Assembly (NCBI RefSeq): GCF_035084215.1
Contig: NC_090326.1
Span: forward strand, 868,001-932,000
Length of the DNA: 64,000 bases
DNA from: Heptranchias perlo
Lineage: Eukaryota
Direction of reading: 5' to 3'
Made by a program: the position numbers and the translations under genes. A model generated the notes under the pieces. It did not search any database. It was given only the letters and a program-made list of their open reading frames with translations, and had not been told where the DNA came from. The number at the start of each line of letters is the position of its first letter. Position 1 is the first letter of the stretch. Positions 52,590 through 63,049 of the stretch are shown here, piece by piece.

Positions 52590-53060
52590 CGCGACGCGGG
52601 CAATGCAACACAACACTGATCAAAAACCAAGGGACTAATGGCTGCGGCAGGCCCCACAATCCACCGCGCCAGAGAAACCCCTCTATCTTTTCAAGGCGCT
52701 GATTCCCCGATCAGACTGCGCATGCTTCCCCAGGCCCGCCCTGCATTCTGGGAGCGCCTCGGTCCAGACGTTTGCCGGGAGCGGGACGCGGTGGAAACGG
52801 AAGAAGAAACCGGGAATAAAGCGGCGGGTAGGACGGGGGAGGTGCTGGGTTACGGATTTAATGGAGCACCGGGCCCGCCCCCCGGCTCTGATTGAGGGCC
52901 TGGGCCTGACTCTGTTGCTGAGACTCCGTTCGGCCCCGCTCACTGTCCGGGACCCGCTCAGTGCTGCGCTCCTTCTCATGTCGATAGACCGTATTCTCCC
53001 GCGCGGGGCATTCTGGGTAAGCTCATCCGCCATTGCAAATCCCACTTGCGGATATTTCTG
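52590..53060. promoter_or_regulatory. CpG-island promoter with ZNF143/Staf, NRF1-like and YY1-like sites
   Basis: TTACCCAGAATGCCCCGCG (minus, 53002-53020) and CTCCCAGAATGCAGGGCG (minus, ~52737-52754). Also TGCGCATGC at 52717-52725, CCGCCATT at ~53027 and a GC box at ~52875. Confidence 0.75.
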
Positions 53061-53084
53061 TGATGGGGTTTGGAAGGGCAATCG

Positions 53085-53365
53085 AAAGCAAAATACTGCG
53101 GATGCTGGAACTGTGAATTAAAAACAGAAAATGCTGGAAATACTCAGCGAGGCAGGCAGCATCTGTGGAGAAAGAAACAGTTAACGTTTCAGGTCAGAAT
53201 TAAGGTTTCGTCAGAACTGGAATAAGTTAAAGATTTAAGATTTTAAGCAAGTAGAGAGCCAGGCAAAGCGGGGTGCGGAGGAAAGAACAAAAGGGGAGGT
53301 CTGTGATCGGGTGGAGGGCCGGAGTGATTAAATGACAAAAGGGATGATGATGCAAGGTAAAGGGA
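53085..53365 (-). mobile_element. PLE 3' tail with hammerhead-like core
   Basis: Minus strand reads CAGTT-CTGACGA-(17 nt)-GAAA-CG-TT-AACTG (53178-53219); stem II is disrupted. Confidence 0.65.
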
Positions 53366-53499
53366 GATTTCTTTTGTCAAGAAAGTAGTTTAACATTTAT
53401 CAGTATTTTGTTTTGCTGAAGTTCCTATTATTAGTTTCCGACACTTCAGTGCCAAGTGGATCAGGTCTTTAAAGGTCAATCGTTTCCCTTGTTCCATGT

Positions 53500-53740
53500 C
53501 GCCTCCGAGAACTCTGCGTTCCTCCAAATCTAGACTCTTGTGCACCTCCACTTTCTTTGCTCCATCATTGGCGGCTATGCCCTCAGTAGCCTAGGCCCTG
53601 AGCTCTTTGAGCTTTTGGTCACCTATCCTGATGTTCCCTTCTTTGGCTCGGTGTCAATTATTGTCTCATTACGCTCTTGTGAAGCACCTTGGAATGTTTT
53701 ACTACGTTAATGGTGCTATGAAAATACAAGTTGATGTTGG
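53500..53740 (+). mobile_element. L2 LINE 3' end, degenerate
   Basis: CTCTGCGTTCCTCC...ATTGGCGGCTATGCC...GTGAAGCACCTTGGAATGTTTTACTACGTTAATGGTGCTAT is an L2-type terminus (recalled). Confidence 0.55.
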
Positions 53741-54252
53741 TGTGCTACCGTTGGCCTCAGTTTTGCCAGACAGAATCAGCCAGGGACGGTGGCTGTGCTG
53801 CATCCCATGCTTGAAATGCTGGCAGTTTGTTGTATGGGCTCACAAGTGCAGAATTACCACTTGGCAGGGTACTGGAGGGAAACAGTGACTGGGACCGAAC
53901 CCCACCATCATGCAGCACCTTCAGGAGAGAAAGGGAGAAAAATTTGAGCCTGTGATCTGGATTTCAAACATTGAGGACATGTCAAGGAGGGAGCGTGTGT
54001 GGGACGGGAGATTTACAGTTTAAGAGGGGCAAGGGAGGAAATAATATTCCAGAGAAAGTAGGACTGTCTGTTCTGAATTTTTATCCTGTACTTAGTGATG
54101 ACTTTTGTAAATTAAGAGGACAAATTGCATAGATGAGGCTTGTATTCTCTTGAATATACAAGATTAATGGGTGATCTAATTGAGGTGTTTAAGATGATTA
54201 AAGGACTTAAAAGGGAGGAACTATATCCTCTGGTGGGAGAAGTCTAGAACTG

Positions 54253-56450
54253 GAATCATAGAAAGATTACAGCACGGAAGGAAGCCATTTGGCCCATCGA
54301 GTCTGTGCTGGCTCTATGCAAGAGCAGTCCAGTTAGTCCCTCTCCCCCACCCTTTCCCTGTAGCCCTGCAAATATTTTCCTTTCAAGTACTTATCCAGTT
54401 CCCTTTTGAAGGCCATGATTGAATCTGCCTCCATTACCCCCTCAGGTAGTGCACTCCAGATCCTAACCTCTCACTATGTAAAAAAGTTTTTCCTCATGTC
54501 ACCTTTGGTTCTTAATCACCTTAAATCTGTGTCCTCTGGTTTTTGACCCTTCCGCCAATGGGAACATTTTCTCTCTATCTACTCTGTCTAGACCCTTCAT
54601 GATTTTGAACACCTCTATCAAATCTCCTTGCAACCATCTCTGTTCCAAGGAGAACAACCCCCAGCTTCTCCAATCTATCCACGTAACTAAAGCCCCTCAT
54701 TCCTGGAATCATTCTAGTAAATCTCTTCTGCACCCTCTCTAAAGCCTAGACATCTTTCCTAAAGTGTGCTGCCCAGAACTGGACACAATACTCCAGTTGT
54801 GGCCAAACCAGTGTTTTATAAAGATTCATCATGACTTCCATACTTTTGTACTCTGTGCCTCTATTTATAAAGCCCAGGATCCCGTATGCTTTTTTAGCCA
54901 CTTTCTCAACCTGCCCTGCCACCTTTAACGATTTGTGCACATATACCCCCAGATCTCTCTGTTCCTATACCCCTTTTAGAGTTGTGCCCTTTAGTTTATA
55001 TTGCCTCTTCTCGTTATTCCTGCTGAAATGAATCATTTCTCATTTTTCTACGTTAAATTTCATCTGCCATGTGTCTGCCCATGCTACCAGCCTGTCTATA
55101 TCCTCTTGAGATCTATCACTATTCTCGACACTGTTTACTACCCTTCCAAGTTTTGTGTCATCTGCCCTGTACACCCAAGTCCAAGTTATTAATATATATC
55201 AAGAAAAGCAGTAGTCCCAGCACCGACCCCTGGGGAACACCACTGTACATCTCCCTCCAGTCCGAAAAACAGCCGTTCACCACGATTCTCTGTTTCCTGT
55301 CACTTAGCCAATTCTGTATTTATGTTGCTACTGCCCCACTTGTTCCATGGGCCAATCTTGATGATAAGCCTACCATGTGGCACTTTATCAAACACCTTTT
55401 GAAAGTCCATGTACACCACATGAGCTGCATTGCCCTCATCTACCCTCTCTGTTACTGCGTCAAAAAACTCTATCAGGTTAGTTAAACATGATTTGCCTTT
55501 AACAAATCCGTGCTGGCTTTCCCTAATCAATCTACACTCATCCAAAGTGACTGTTAATTCTGTCCCAGATTATCGTTTCTAGAAGTTTCCCCACCACTTA
55601 GGTTAAACTGACTGGCCTATAGTTTCTGGGTTTATCCTTACACCCTTTTTTGAACAAGGATGGAACATTTTCAATTCTCCAGTCCTCTGGCTCCAACCCC
55701 GTATCTACGGACGTTTGGAAGATTATGGCCAGTACCTCCGCAATTTTTATCCTTGCTTCCCTCAGCAACCTAGGATGCATCCCACTGGACCAGGTGACTT
55801 ATCTCCTTTAAGTTCAGCTAGCCTTTCAAGTACCTCTTCTTTACCAATTTTTAGCCCATCCAGTATATCATCTATATTTTCCTTTACTGAGACTGGCAGC
55901 ATCTTCTTCCTTGGTAAAGACAGATGCAAAGTACTCATTTATTACCTCGGCCAGCCCCTCTGCTTCCATGAGTAGATCTCCTTTATGGTCCCTAATCGGC
56001 CCCACCCCTCCTCTTACTACCTGTTTACTGTTAACATGTCTGTAGAAGTCTTTTGGATTCTCTTTTATGTTGGCCGCCAGTCTATTCTCATACTCTCTCT
56101 TTGCCCCTCTTATTTCCTTTTTCACTTTCCCTCTGAACTTTCTATATTCTGCCTGGTTATCAACCTGACAGCAGTCATACGCCCCTTTTTTCCGTTTCAT
56201 CTTACTCACTTTCTCTTTTGTCATCCAGGGAGCTCTAGCTTTAGTTGCCCTACCTTTCTGCCTTGTGGGAATGTGCTTAGACTGTACCCGAACCATCTCC
56301 TCTTTAAAGGCCGCCCACTGTTCAATTACAGTTTTGCCTGCCAATCTTTGATTCCAATTTACCCAGGCCAGATCTGTTCTCATCCCATTGAAATTGGCCC
56401 TCTTCCAATGGAGTATTTTTACTTTAGAGTGGTCCCTGTCCTTTTCCTCT
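54253..56450 (-). mobile_element. CR1 LINE, 5'-truncated (same family as 4465-6740)
   Basis: ORFs 54746..54940, 55300..55545 (QHGFVKGKSCLTNLIEFF) and 55868..56626. Confidence 0.9.
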
Positions 56451-56469
56451 AATTTCAAGATGATTTTCC

Positions 56470-56820
56470 CATGCACGAATCGTGGTAAGCAAGATTGGTG
56501 AGCTGAAGGCGCAAATAGCCATATGGGAATACGATGTCGTGGTGATAACAGAGGCCGTTCAAGGGTGATGTCAGGAAGCACTTCTTCACACAAAGGGGAG
56601 TGGAAATCTGGATCTCTCTCCCCCAAAAAAGCTGTTAAAGCTGGGGGTCAACTGAAAATTTCAAAACTGAGATCGATAGATTTTTGTTAGGCAAGGGTAT
56701 CAAGGGTTATGGTACCAAGGCGGGTAGATGGAGTTAAGATACAGATCAGCCATGGTCTAATTGAATGACGGAACAGGCTCGTGGGGCTGAATGGCCTCCT
56801 CCTGTTCCTATGTTCCTAAA
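56470..56820 (+). mobile_element. Internally deleted CR1 (endonuclease start fused to 3' end)
   Basis: KIGELKAQIAIWEYDVVVITE-like segment joined at ~56553 to HFFTQRGVEIW and the CR1 3' UTR ending CCTATGTTCCTA. Confidence 0.65.
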
Positions 56821-56872
56821 TTGTAAACAATTTTACAACACCAAGTTATAGTCCAACAAATTTATTTTAAAT

Positions 56873-56911
56873 TCCACAAGCTTTCGGAGGCTTCCTCCTT
56901 CCTCAGGTGAA
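56873..56911 (-). ncRNA. Minimal type I hammerhead ribozyme motif (PLE)
   Basis: Minus strand reads TTCAC-CTGAGGA-AGGAGGAAGCCTCC-GAAA-GC-TT-GTGGA. Confidence 0.7.
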
Positions 56912-57322
56912 CGGTGTGGAAATGAAATTTTCGAATCCTTCGCATTTGAAAATCACAGAACAATGCCTGGTGATTACTGCCCGTTGCCAAGGCAATCACA
57001 GTGAGCAGACAGAAAGGTGTCACCTCAAAGGCCACCGAATATACAAACCCCCAAAAAAAAAGAGAGAGAGAGAAGGAAGACAGTCAATGACCCGTTATAT
57101 TAAAAACAGATAACATTTGTTCGCTGGTGGGGTTACGTGTAGTGTGACATGAACCCAAGATCCCGGTTGAGGCCATCCTCATGGGTGCGGAACTTGGCTA
57201 TCAATTTCTGCTCGACGATTTTGCGTTGTCGTGTGTCTCGAAGGCCGCCTTGGAGTACGCTTACCCGAAGGTCGGTGGCTGAATGTCCATGACTGCTGAA
57301 GTGTTCCCCGACAGGGAGAGAA

Positions 57323-57824
57323 TGAATGGGAGGACCCTAGGCAAGACAGAGGGTCAGAGGGATCTTGGTGTGCAAGTTCACAGATCCCTGAAGGCGGCGG
57401 AACAGGTAGATAAGGTGGTAAAGAAGGCATATGGGATACTTGCCTTTATTAGCCGAGGCATAGAATATAAGAGCAAGGAGGTTATGATGGAGCTGTATAA
57501 AACACTGGTTAGGCCACAGCTGGAGTACTGTGTGCAGTTCTGGTCGCCACACCACAGGAAGGATGTGATCGCTTTGGAGAGGGTGCAGAGGAGATTCACC
57601 AGGATGTTACCAGGGCTGGAGCGCTTCAGCTATGAAGAGAGACTGGGAAGATTGGGTTTGTTTTCCTTGGAGCAGAGGAGGCTGAGGGGGGACATGATTG
57701 AGGTGTACAAAATTATGAGGGGCACAGATAGGATGGATACTAAGGAGCTTTTTCCCTTCGTTGAGGGTTCTATAACAAGGGGACATAGATTCAAGGTAAA
57801 AGGCGGGAGGTTTAGAGGGGATTT
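57323..57824 (+). mobile_element. Uninterrupted internal CR1 ORF2 fragment inside the PLE composite
   Basis: Open frame MNGRTLGKTEGQRDLGVQVHRSLK...LEYCVQFWSP...GHRFKVKGGRFRGDL, with no CR1 3' tail. Confidence 0.9.
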
Positions 57825-57848
57825 GATGAGTCGAGCATCATATCCCGA

Positions 57849-58592
57849 GTAAGAACGGGATATGATGCTCGACTCATCGATCGACAGTTCCGACGGGCCA
57901 CAGCGAAAAATCGCGTGGACCTCCTCAGAAGACTAACACGGGACGCAACCAACAGAGTACCCTTCGTCGTCCAGTACTTCCCCGGAGCAGAGAAACTACG
58001 CCAAGTTCTCCGCAGCCTTCAACATGTCATCAATGAGGACGAACACCTCGCTATGGCCATCCCCACACCTCCACTACTCGCCTTTAAACAGCCACCCAAC
58101 CTCAAACAAACCATCGTTCGCAGCAAATTACCTAGCTTTCAAGAGAACAGCGTCCACGACACCACACAACCCTGCCACGGTAACCTCTGCAAGACATGCC
58201 AGATCATCGACACTGATACCACCATCACACGAGAGGACACCACCCACCAGGTGCACGGTTCATACTCCTGTGACTCGGCCAACGTTGTCTACCTCATACG
58301 TTGCAGGAAAGGATGCCCCAGAGCATGGTACATTGGCGAGACCATGCAGACGCTGCGACAACGGATGAACGGACACCGCGCAACAATCGCCAAACAGGAG
58401 GGTTCTCTCCCTGTCGGGGAACACTTCAGCAGTCATGGACATTCAGCCACCGACCTTCGGGTAAGCATACTCCAAGGCGGCCTTCGAGACACACGACAAC
58501 GCAAAATCGTCGAGCAGAAATTGATAGCCAAGTTCCGCACCCATGAGGATGGCCTCAACCGGGATCTTGGGTTCATGTCACACTACACGTAA
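57849..58592 (+). CDS. 5'-truncated PLE ORF: linker plus GIY-YIG endonuclease domain, open frame
   Basis: RVPFVVQY, PPNLKQTIVRS, CKTC and ANVVYLIRCRKGCPRAWYIGETMQTLRQRMNGHR...EQKLIAKFRTHEDGLN motifs. Has no native start. Confidence 0.8.
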   Translation, partial: VRTGYDARLIDRQFRRATAKNRVDLLRRLTRDATNRVPFVVQYFPGAEKLRQVLRSLQHVINEDEHLAMAIPTPPLLAFKQPPNLKQTIVRSKLPSFQENSVHDTTQPCHGNLCKTCQIIDTDTTITREDTTHQVHGSYSCDSANVVYLIRCRKGCPRAWYIGETMQTLRQRMNGHRATIAKQEGSLPVGEHFSSHGHSATDLRVSILQGGLRDTRQRKIVEQKLIAKFRTHEDGLNRDLGFMSHYT

Positions 58593-58808
58593 CCCCACCA
58601 GCGAACAAATGTTATCTGTTTTTAATATAACGGGTCATTGACTGTCTTCCTTCTCTCTCTTTTTTTTGGGGGTTTGTATATTCGGTGGCCTTTTAGGTGA
58701 CACCTTTCTGTCTGCTCACTGTGATTGCCTTGGCAACGGGCAGTTATCACCAGGCATTGTTCTGTGATTTTCAAATGCGAAGGATTCGAAAATTTCATTT
58801 CCACACCG

Positions 58809-58847
58809 TTCACCTGAGGAAGGAGGAAGCCTCCGAAAGCTTGTGGA
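58809..58847 (+). ncRNA. Minimal type I hammerhead ribozyme motif (PLE 3' terminus)
   Basis: TTCAC-CTGAGGA-AGGAGGAAGCCTCC-GAAA-GC-TT-GTGGA, on the sense strand downstream of the GIY-YIG ORF. Confidence 0.75.
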
Positions 58848-59155
58848 ATTTAAAATAAATTTGTTGGACTATAACTTGGTGTTGTAAAATTGTTTACAAT
58901 TGTCAACCCCAGTCCATCACCGGCATTTCCACATCATATGTTCCTAAATGCAGCCATCCGCAATAAGTGAAAGGATATCTGGAGGGGGTTGCAGAGAGAG
59001 GTGGTGACGGGTCAGGCAGAGTCTATAAATGAAGGAGAATTGGTGACAGGTCAGGGAGCTTACATCACCAAAAGTGGGAGTTATCACAGATGGACAGATT
59101 ACAGGCAGCTGTAGGGAGGGACATAGTGTCGAAAAGAGGGGGAGAGCATATACAC

Positions 59156-59487
59156 CCAGTCAGAGTCAGCACCTTCAGGGGAGGAGAGAGAGGGAAACCA
59201 GTGAATGTAGAACTGAACCCAGTCAGAGTCAGCACCTTCAGGGGAGGAGAGAGAGGGAAACCAGTGAATGTAGAACTGAAACCAGTCAGAGTCAGCACCT
59301 TCAGGGGAGGAGAGAGAGGGGAACCAGTGAATGTAGAACTGAAACCAGTCAGAGTCAGCATCTTCAGGGGAGGAGAGATAGGGGAACCAGTGAGTGTAGA
59401 ACGGAACCCAGTCAGAGTCAGCATTTTCAGGGGAGGAGAGGGAGGGGAACCAGTGAGTGTAGAACTGAACGCAGTCAGAGTCAGCAT
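59156..59487. repeat. 63-bp minisatellite, about 5 copies, resuming at 61205-61258 after a CR1
   Basis: CCAGTCAGAGTCAGCA recurs at 59156, 59219, 59282, 59345 and 59408. Confidence 0.9.
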
Positions 59488-61204
59488 AAGACCATAAGAG
59501 ATAGGAGCAGGAGTAGGCCATTTTGCCCCTCGATCCTCCTCCACCATTCTATGAGATCATGGCTGATCTGATTTTTATCTCAACTCCAATTTCCTGCCTT
59601 TTCCCCATATCCTTTGACTCCCTTGCTGATTAAAAATTGGTCTAACTCAGTCTTGAATGTATTCAATGACTCAGCCTCCACAGCTTTTTGGGATAAAGAG
59701 TTCCAAGATTCACGACCCTCTGGGAGAAGAAATTCCTCCTCATTTCATTCTTAAACGGGTGACCCCTTATTCTGAGACTATGCCCCCTAGTTTTAGATTC
59801 CCCCATGAGGGGTAACATCCTCTCAGCATCCACCCTATCGAGTCCCCTCAGAATCTTGTATGTTTCAATAAGATCTCATCTCATTCTTCTAAACTCCAAT
59901 GAGTATAGACCCAACCTGTTCAATCTTTCCTCATAAGACAACCCTTCCATACCCGGAATCAACCGAGTGAACCTTCTCTGAACTGCCTTCAATGCAAGTA
60001 TGTCCTTCCTTAAATAAGGGCACCAGAACTGTATGCAGTACTCCAGGTGTGCTCTCACCAGCACCCTGTACAGTTGTAGCATGACTTCCCTGCTTTTATA
60101 CTCCATCCCCCTAGAAATAAAGGCCAATATTCCGTTTGCCTTCCGGATTACCTGCTGCACCTTTTGTGATTCATGTACGAGGACACCCAGATCCCTCTGT
60201 ACCGCAGCATTTTGTAGTATTTCTCCATTCAAATAATATTTTGCTTTTTCATTTTTCCTCCCAAAGTGGATGACTTCACATTTTCCCACATTATATTCCA
60301 TCTGCCAAATTTTTGCCCATTCGCTTAACCTGTCAATATCCCTTTGCAGACACATTGTGTCCTCATCGCAACTTGCTTTTCCATCTATCTTTGTATCATC
60401 AGCAAACTTGGCCACAAGACACTCTGTTCCTTCATCCAAGTCATTGATATATATTGTAAATAGTTGAGGCCCCAGCACTGAGCCCTGCGGCACCCCACTA
60501 GTTACAGATTGCCATTTTGAAAATGACCCTTTTTCCCGACTCGTTGTTTTCTGTTAGTTCACTAATCCTCTATCCATTCCAGTATATTACCCCCAACACC
60601 ATGACTCTTATCTTGTGCAGTAATCTTGTGTGGCACCTTATCGAATGCCTTTTGGAAATCCAAATATACTGCATCCATTGGTTCCCCTTTATCCACCCTG
60701 CCCGTCACTTCCTCAAATAACTCTAATGAATTTGTCAGACATGATTTCCCCTTCATAAAACCATGTTGACTCTCCTTGATTGTATTATGATTCTCCAAAT
60801 GTCCTGCTACTACTTCTTTAATAATGGAGTCTAGTATTTTCCCAATGACAGATGTTAGGCTAACTGGTCTATAGTTTCTGTCTCACTCCCTTCTTGAATA
60901 GGGGTATTACGTTTGCGGTTTTCCAATCCGCTGGGACCTTTCCAGAATCTAGTGAATTCTGGAAGATTACAACCAATGCATCCACTATCTCTGTAGCCAC
61001 TTCCTTTAAGACCCTCGGATGCAAGCCATCAGGTTGAGGGGACTTGTCAGCCTTTAGACCCATTAGTTTACCTCGTACTTTTTCTCTCATGATAGTGATT
61101 GTTTTAAGTTCCTCCCTCCCTTTTGCCCCTTGATTTTCTACTATTATTGGTATATTATTAGTGTCTTCTACTGTGAAGACAGATACAAAATATCTGTTCA
61201 ATTC
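59488..61204 (-). mobile_element. CR1 LINE, 5'-truncated
   Basis: ORFs 59876..60493 (PQGSVLGP, KFADDTK), 60562..60798 and 60869..61276. Tail at 59488. Confidence 0.92.
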
Positions 61205-61836
61205 CTTCAGGGGAGGAGAGACAGGGGAACAAGTGAGTGTAGAACTGAATCCAACCAGAATTGGGACCTTCAACAAAGACAGAAAACTTAAAGAAAAAAT
61301 GTTGGAGATGGTGCGATGGATTTGGATTTCAGCAGAGGGAGGAAGGAGAGTGTGTGGGTCGGGGATTTACAGTCTGGGGGAATGAACGGGATGAGTGTTC
61401 CATAGAAACTAGAATTGGCTGTTCTGAATTTCTATCCTGTACTCACAATGACGACTTTTGTAAACTCCTTTTACAGGGTATTAGAAGGGGACGATTTGCA
61501 GACGGGAAACTCAAACCAAACATCACGTCAAGATCTGACAGTCACTCGATTCGCCAGCACCTGAATATCATCGGCCTTTGAATGTGGAAGGAGAAATGTT
61601 TGTCTGTTCTGTCTGTGGAATAAGATTTCAAACATCAGTGTGACTGGAAAAGCACCGAGACACCCCCCCGAGTGAGAGTGTTCCAGTGCACTGACTGTGG
61701 AAAGAGCTTTAACCAGTTACACTGCCTGAAAAAACATCGCACCATTCACAGTGGGGAGAAACCGTACACGTGTTCTGTGTGTGGACGAGGCTTCAACCAA
61801 TCGTCCAACCTGGAGAGACACAAGGACACCCCCACC

Positions 61837-62763
61837 ATGGAGAAACCGTGGAAATGTGGGGTCTGCGGGAAGGGATTTAATTACCCGTCCAGGCTGGAAA
61901 TTCATCAAAGCAGTCACACTGGGGAGAGACCGTTCACCTGCTCCGTGTGTGGGAAGGGATTCACTGAGTCATCCAGCCTACTGAAACACCAGCGTATTCA
62001 CACTGGGGAGAGACCGTTCACCTGCTCTGTGTGTGGGAAGGGATTCACTCAGTCATCCAGCCTACTGAAACACCAGCGAGTTCACACTGGGGAGAGGCCG
62101 TTCCCCTGCTCCGTGTGTGGGAAGAGATTCACTCGTTCATCCAACCTTGTGACACATCAACTTGTTCACACTGATAAGAGACTTTTTAAATGTTCTGACT
62201 GCGAGAAGAGCTTTAAAAGAAAAAAGGATCTACTGGCACACCAACGCACTCACACTGGGGAGAGGCCGTTCACCTGCACCGAGTGTGGGATGAGATTCAC
62301 TCAGTTATCCCACCTGCTGACACACCAACGAGTTCACACTGGGGAGAGGCCGTTCACCTGTTCCGTGTGTGGGAAGGGATTCATTCAGTCATCCCATCTC
62401 ATTGAACACCAACTTGTTCACACTGATAAGAGACTTTTTCAATGTTCTGACTGTGAGAAGAGCTTTAAAAGAACGTGGGATCTGCTGAAACACCAACGTA
62501 TTCACGCTCAGGAGCGACCGTTCACCTGCACTGAGTGTGGGAAGGGATTCACTCAGTCATCCCACCTGCTGACACACCAGCGAGTTCACACTGGGGAGAG
62601 GCCGTTCACCTGCTCCGTGTGTGGGAAGGGATTCACTCAGTCATCCAGCCTCGTGACACACCAGCGAGTTCACACTGGGCAGAGGCCGTTCACCTGCACT
62701 GAGTGTGGGAAGGGATTTACTCGATCATCCCACCTGCTGAGTCACCAGCGAGTTCACATGTGA
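61837..62763 (+). CDS. C2H2 zinc-finger protein, 11 tandem fingers, 308 aa from the Kozak ATG
   Basis: CCACCATGG at 61832-61840 gives [14 protein letters not shown], with TGERP-type linkers. The frame stays open upstream to 61672 (one more full finger and one broken). Splice acceptor TTTTACAG at 61476 and AATAAA at 62907-62912. Confidence 0.85.
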   Translation: MEKPWKCGVCGKGFNYPSRLEIHQSSHTGERPFTCSVCGKGFTESSSLLKHQRIHTGERPFTCSVCGKGFTQSSSLLKHQRVHTGERPFPCSVCGKRFTRSSNLVTHQLVHTDKRLFKCSDCEKSFKRKKDLLAHQRTHTGERPFTCTECGMRFTQLSHLLTHQRVHTGERPFTCSVCGKGFIQSSHLIEHQLVHTDKRLFQCSDCEKSFKRTWDLLKHQRIHAQERPFTCTECGKGFTQSSHLLTHQRVHTGERPFTCSVCGKGFTQSSSLVTHQRVHTGQRPFTCTECGKGFTRSSHLLSHQRVHM

Positions 62764-63049
62764 CTGCAGGGGTTGGATTGTGCTGTAATTGCTGCTGTTA
62801 AATCACATCCAGGACTGAACCATGTTCATTCTGACAGTTGGGGTTTGTTTCTGATGTTAATGACCCCTTTAACTGCGCTGGAGTTTAGTATTCTGTATAA
62901 GTGACAAATAAATCAGCTTTCTTTTAAACACAGTGTCTGGTCCTTCATATCTCGATAAGACAAGCTGATTGAGGCCTTATTATGAAGTGAGTCGAATCCA
63001 CCTTTGAACTGAGTTCCTCCACCTTTTAAAAAGATGAATCTACAAGATG

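Larger units (their letters stand above)
56821..58936 (+). mobile_element. Young Penelope-like composite insertion with inverted ~500-bp arms
   Basis: TSD TATGTTCCTAAA(T) at 56809 and 58937. Segment 56821-57322 is the near-identical reverse complement of 58403-58899. Confidence 0.9.

Noticed and set aside
52683-53121. ORFs in the CpG island
   Set aside because: GC-rich sequence is naturally poor in stop codons, and no domain is recognisable.
57283-57852. 189-aa PLE/CR1 fusion ORF as a novel gene
   Set aside because: It is an accidental frame across insertion junctions with no promoter evidence.
59065-59571. Overlapping repetitive ORFs of 135-165 aa
   Set aside because: They are translations of the 63-bp minisatellite.
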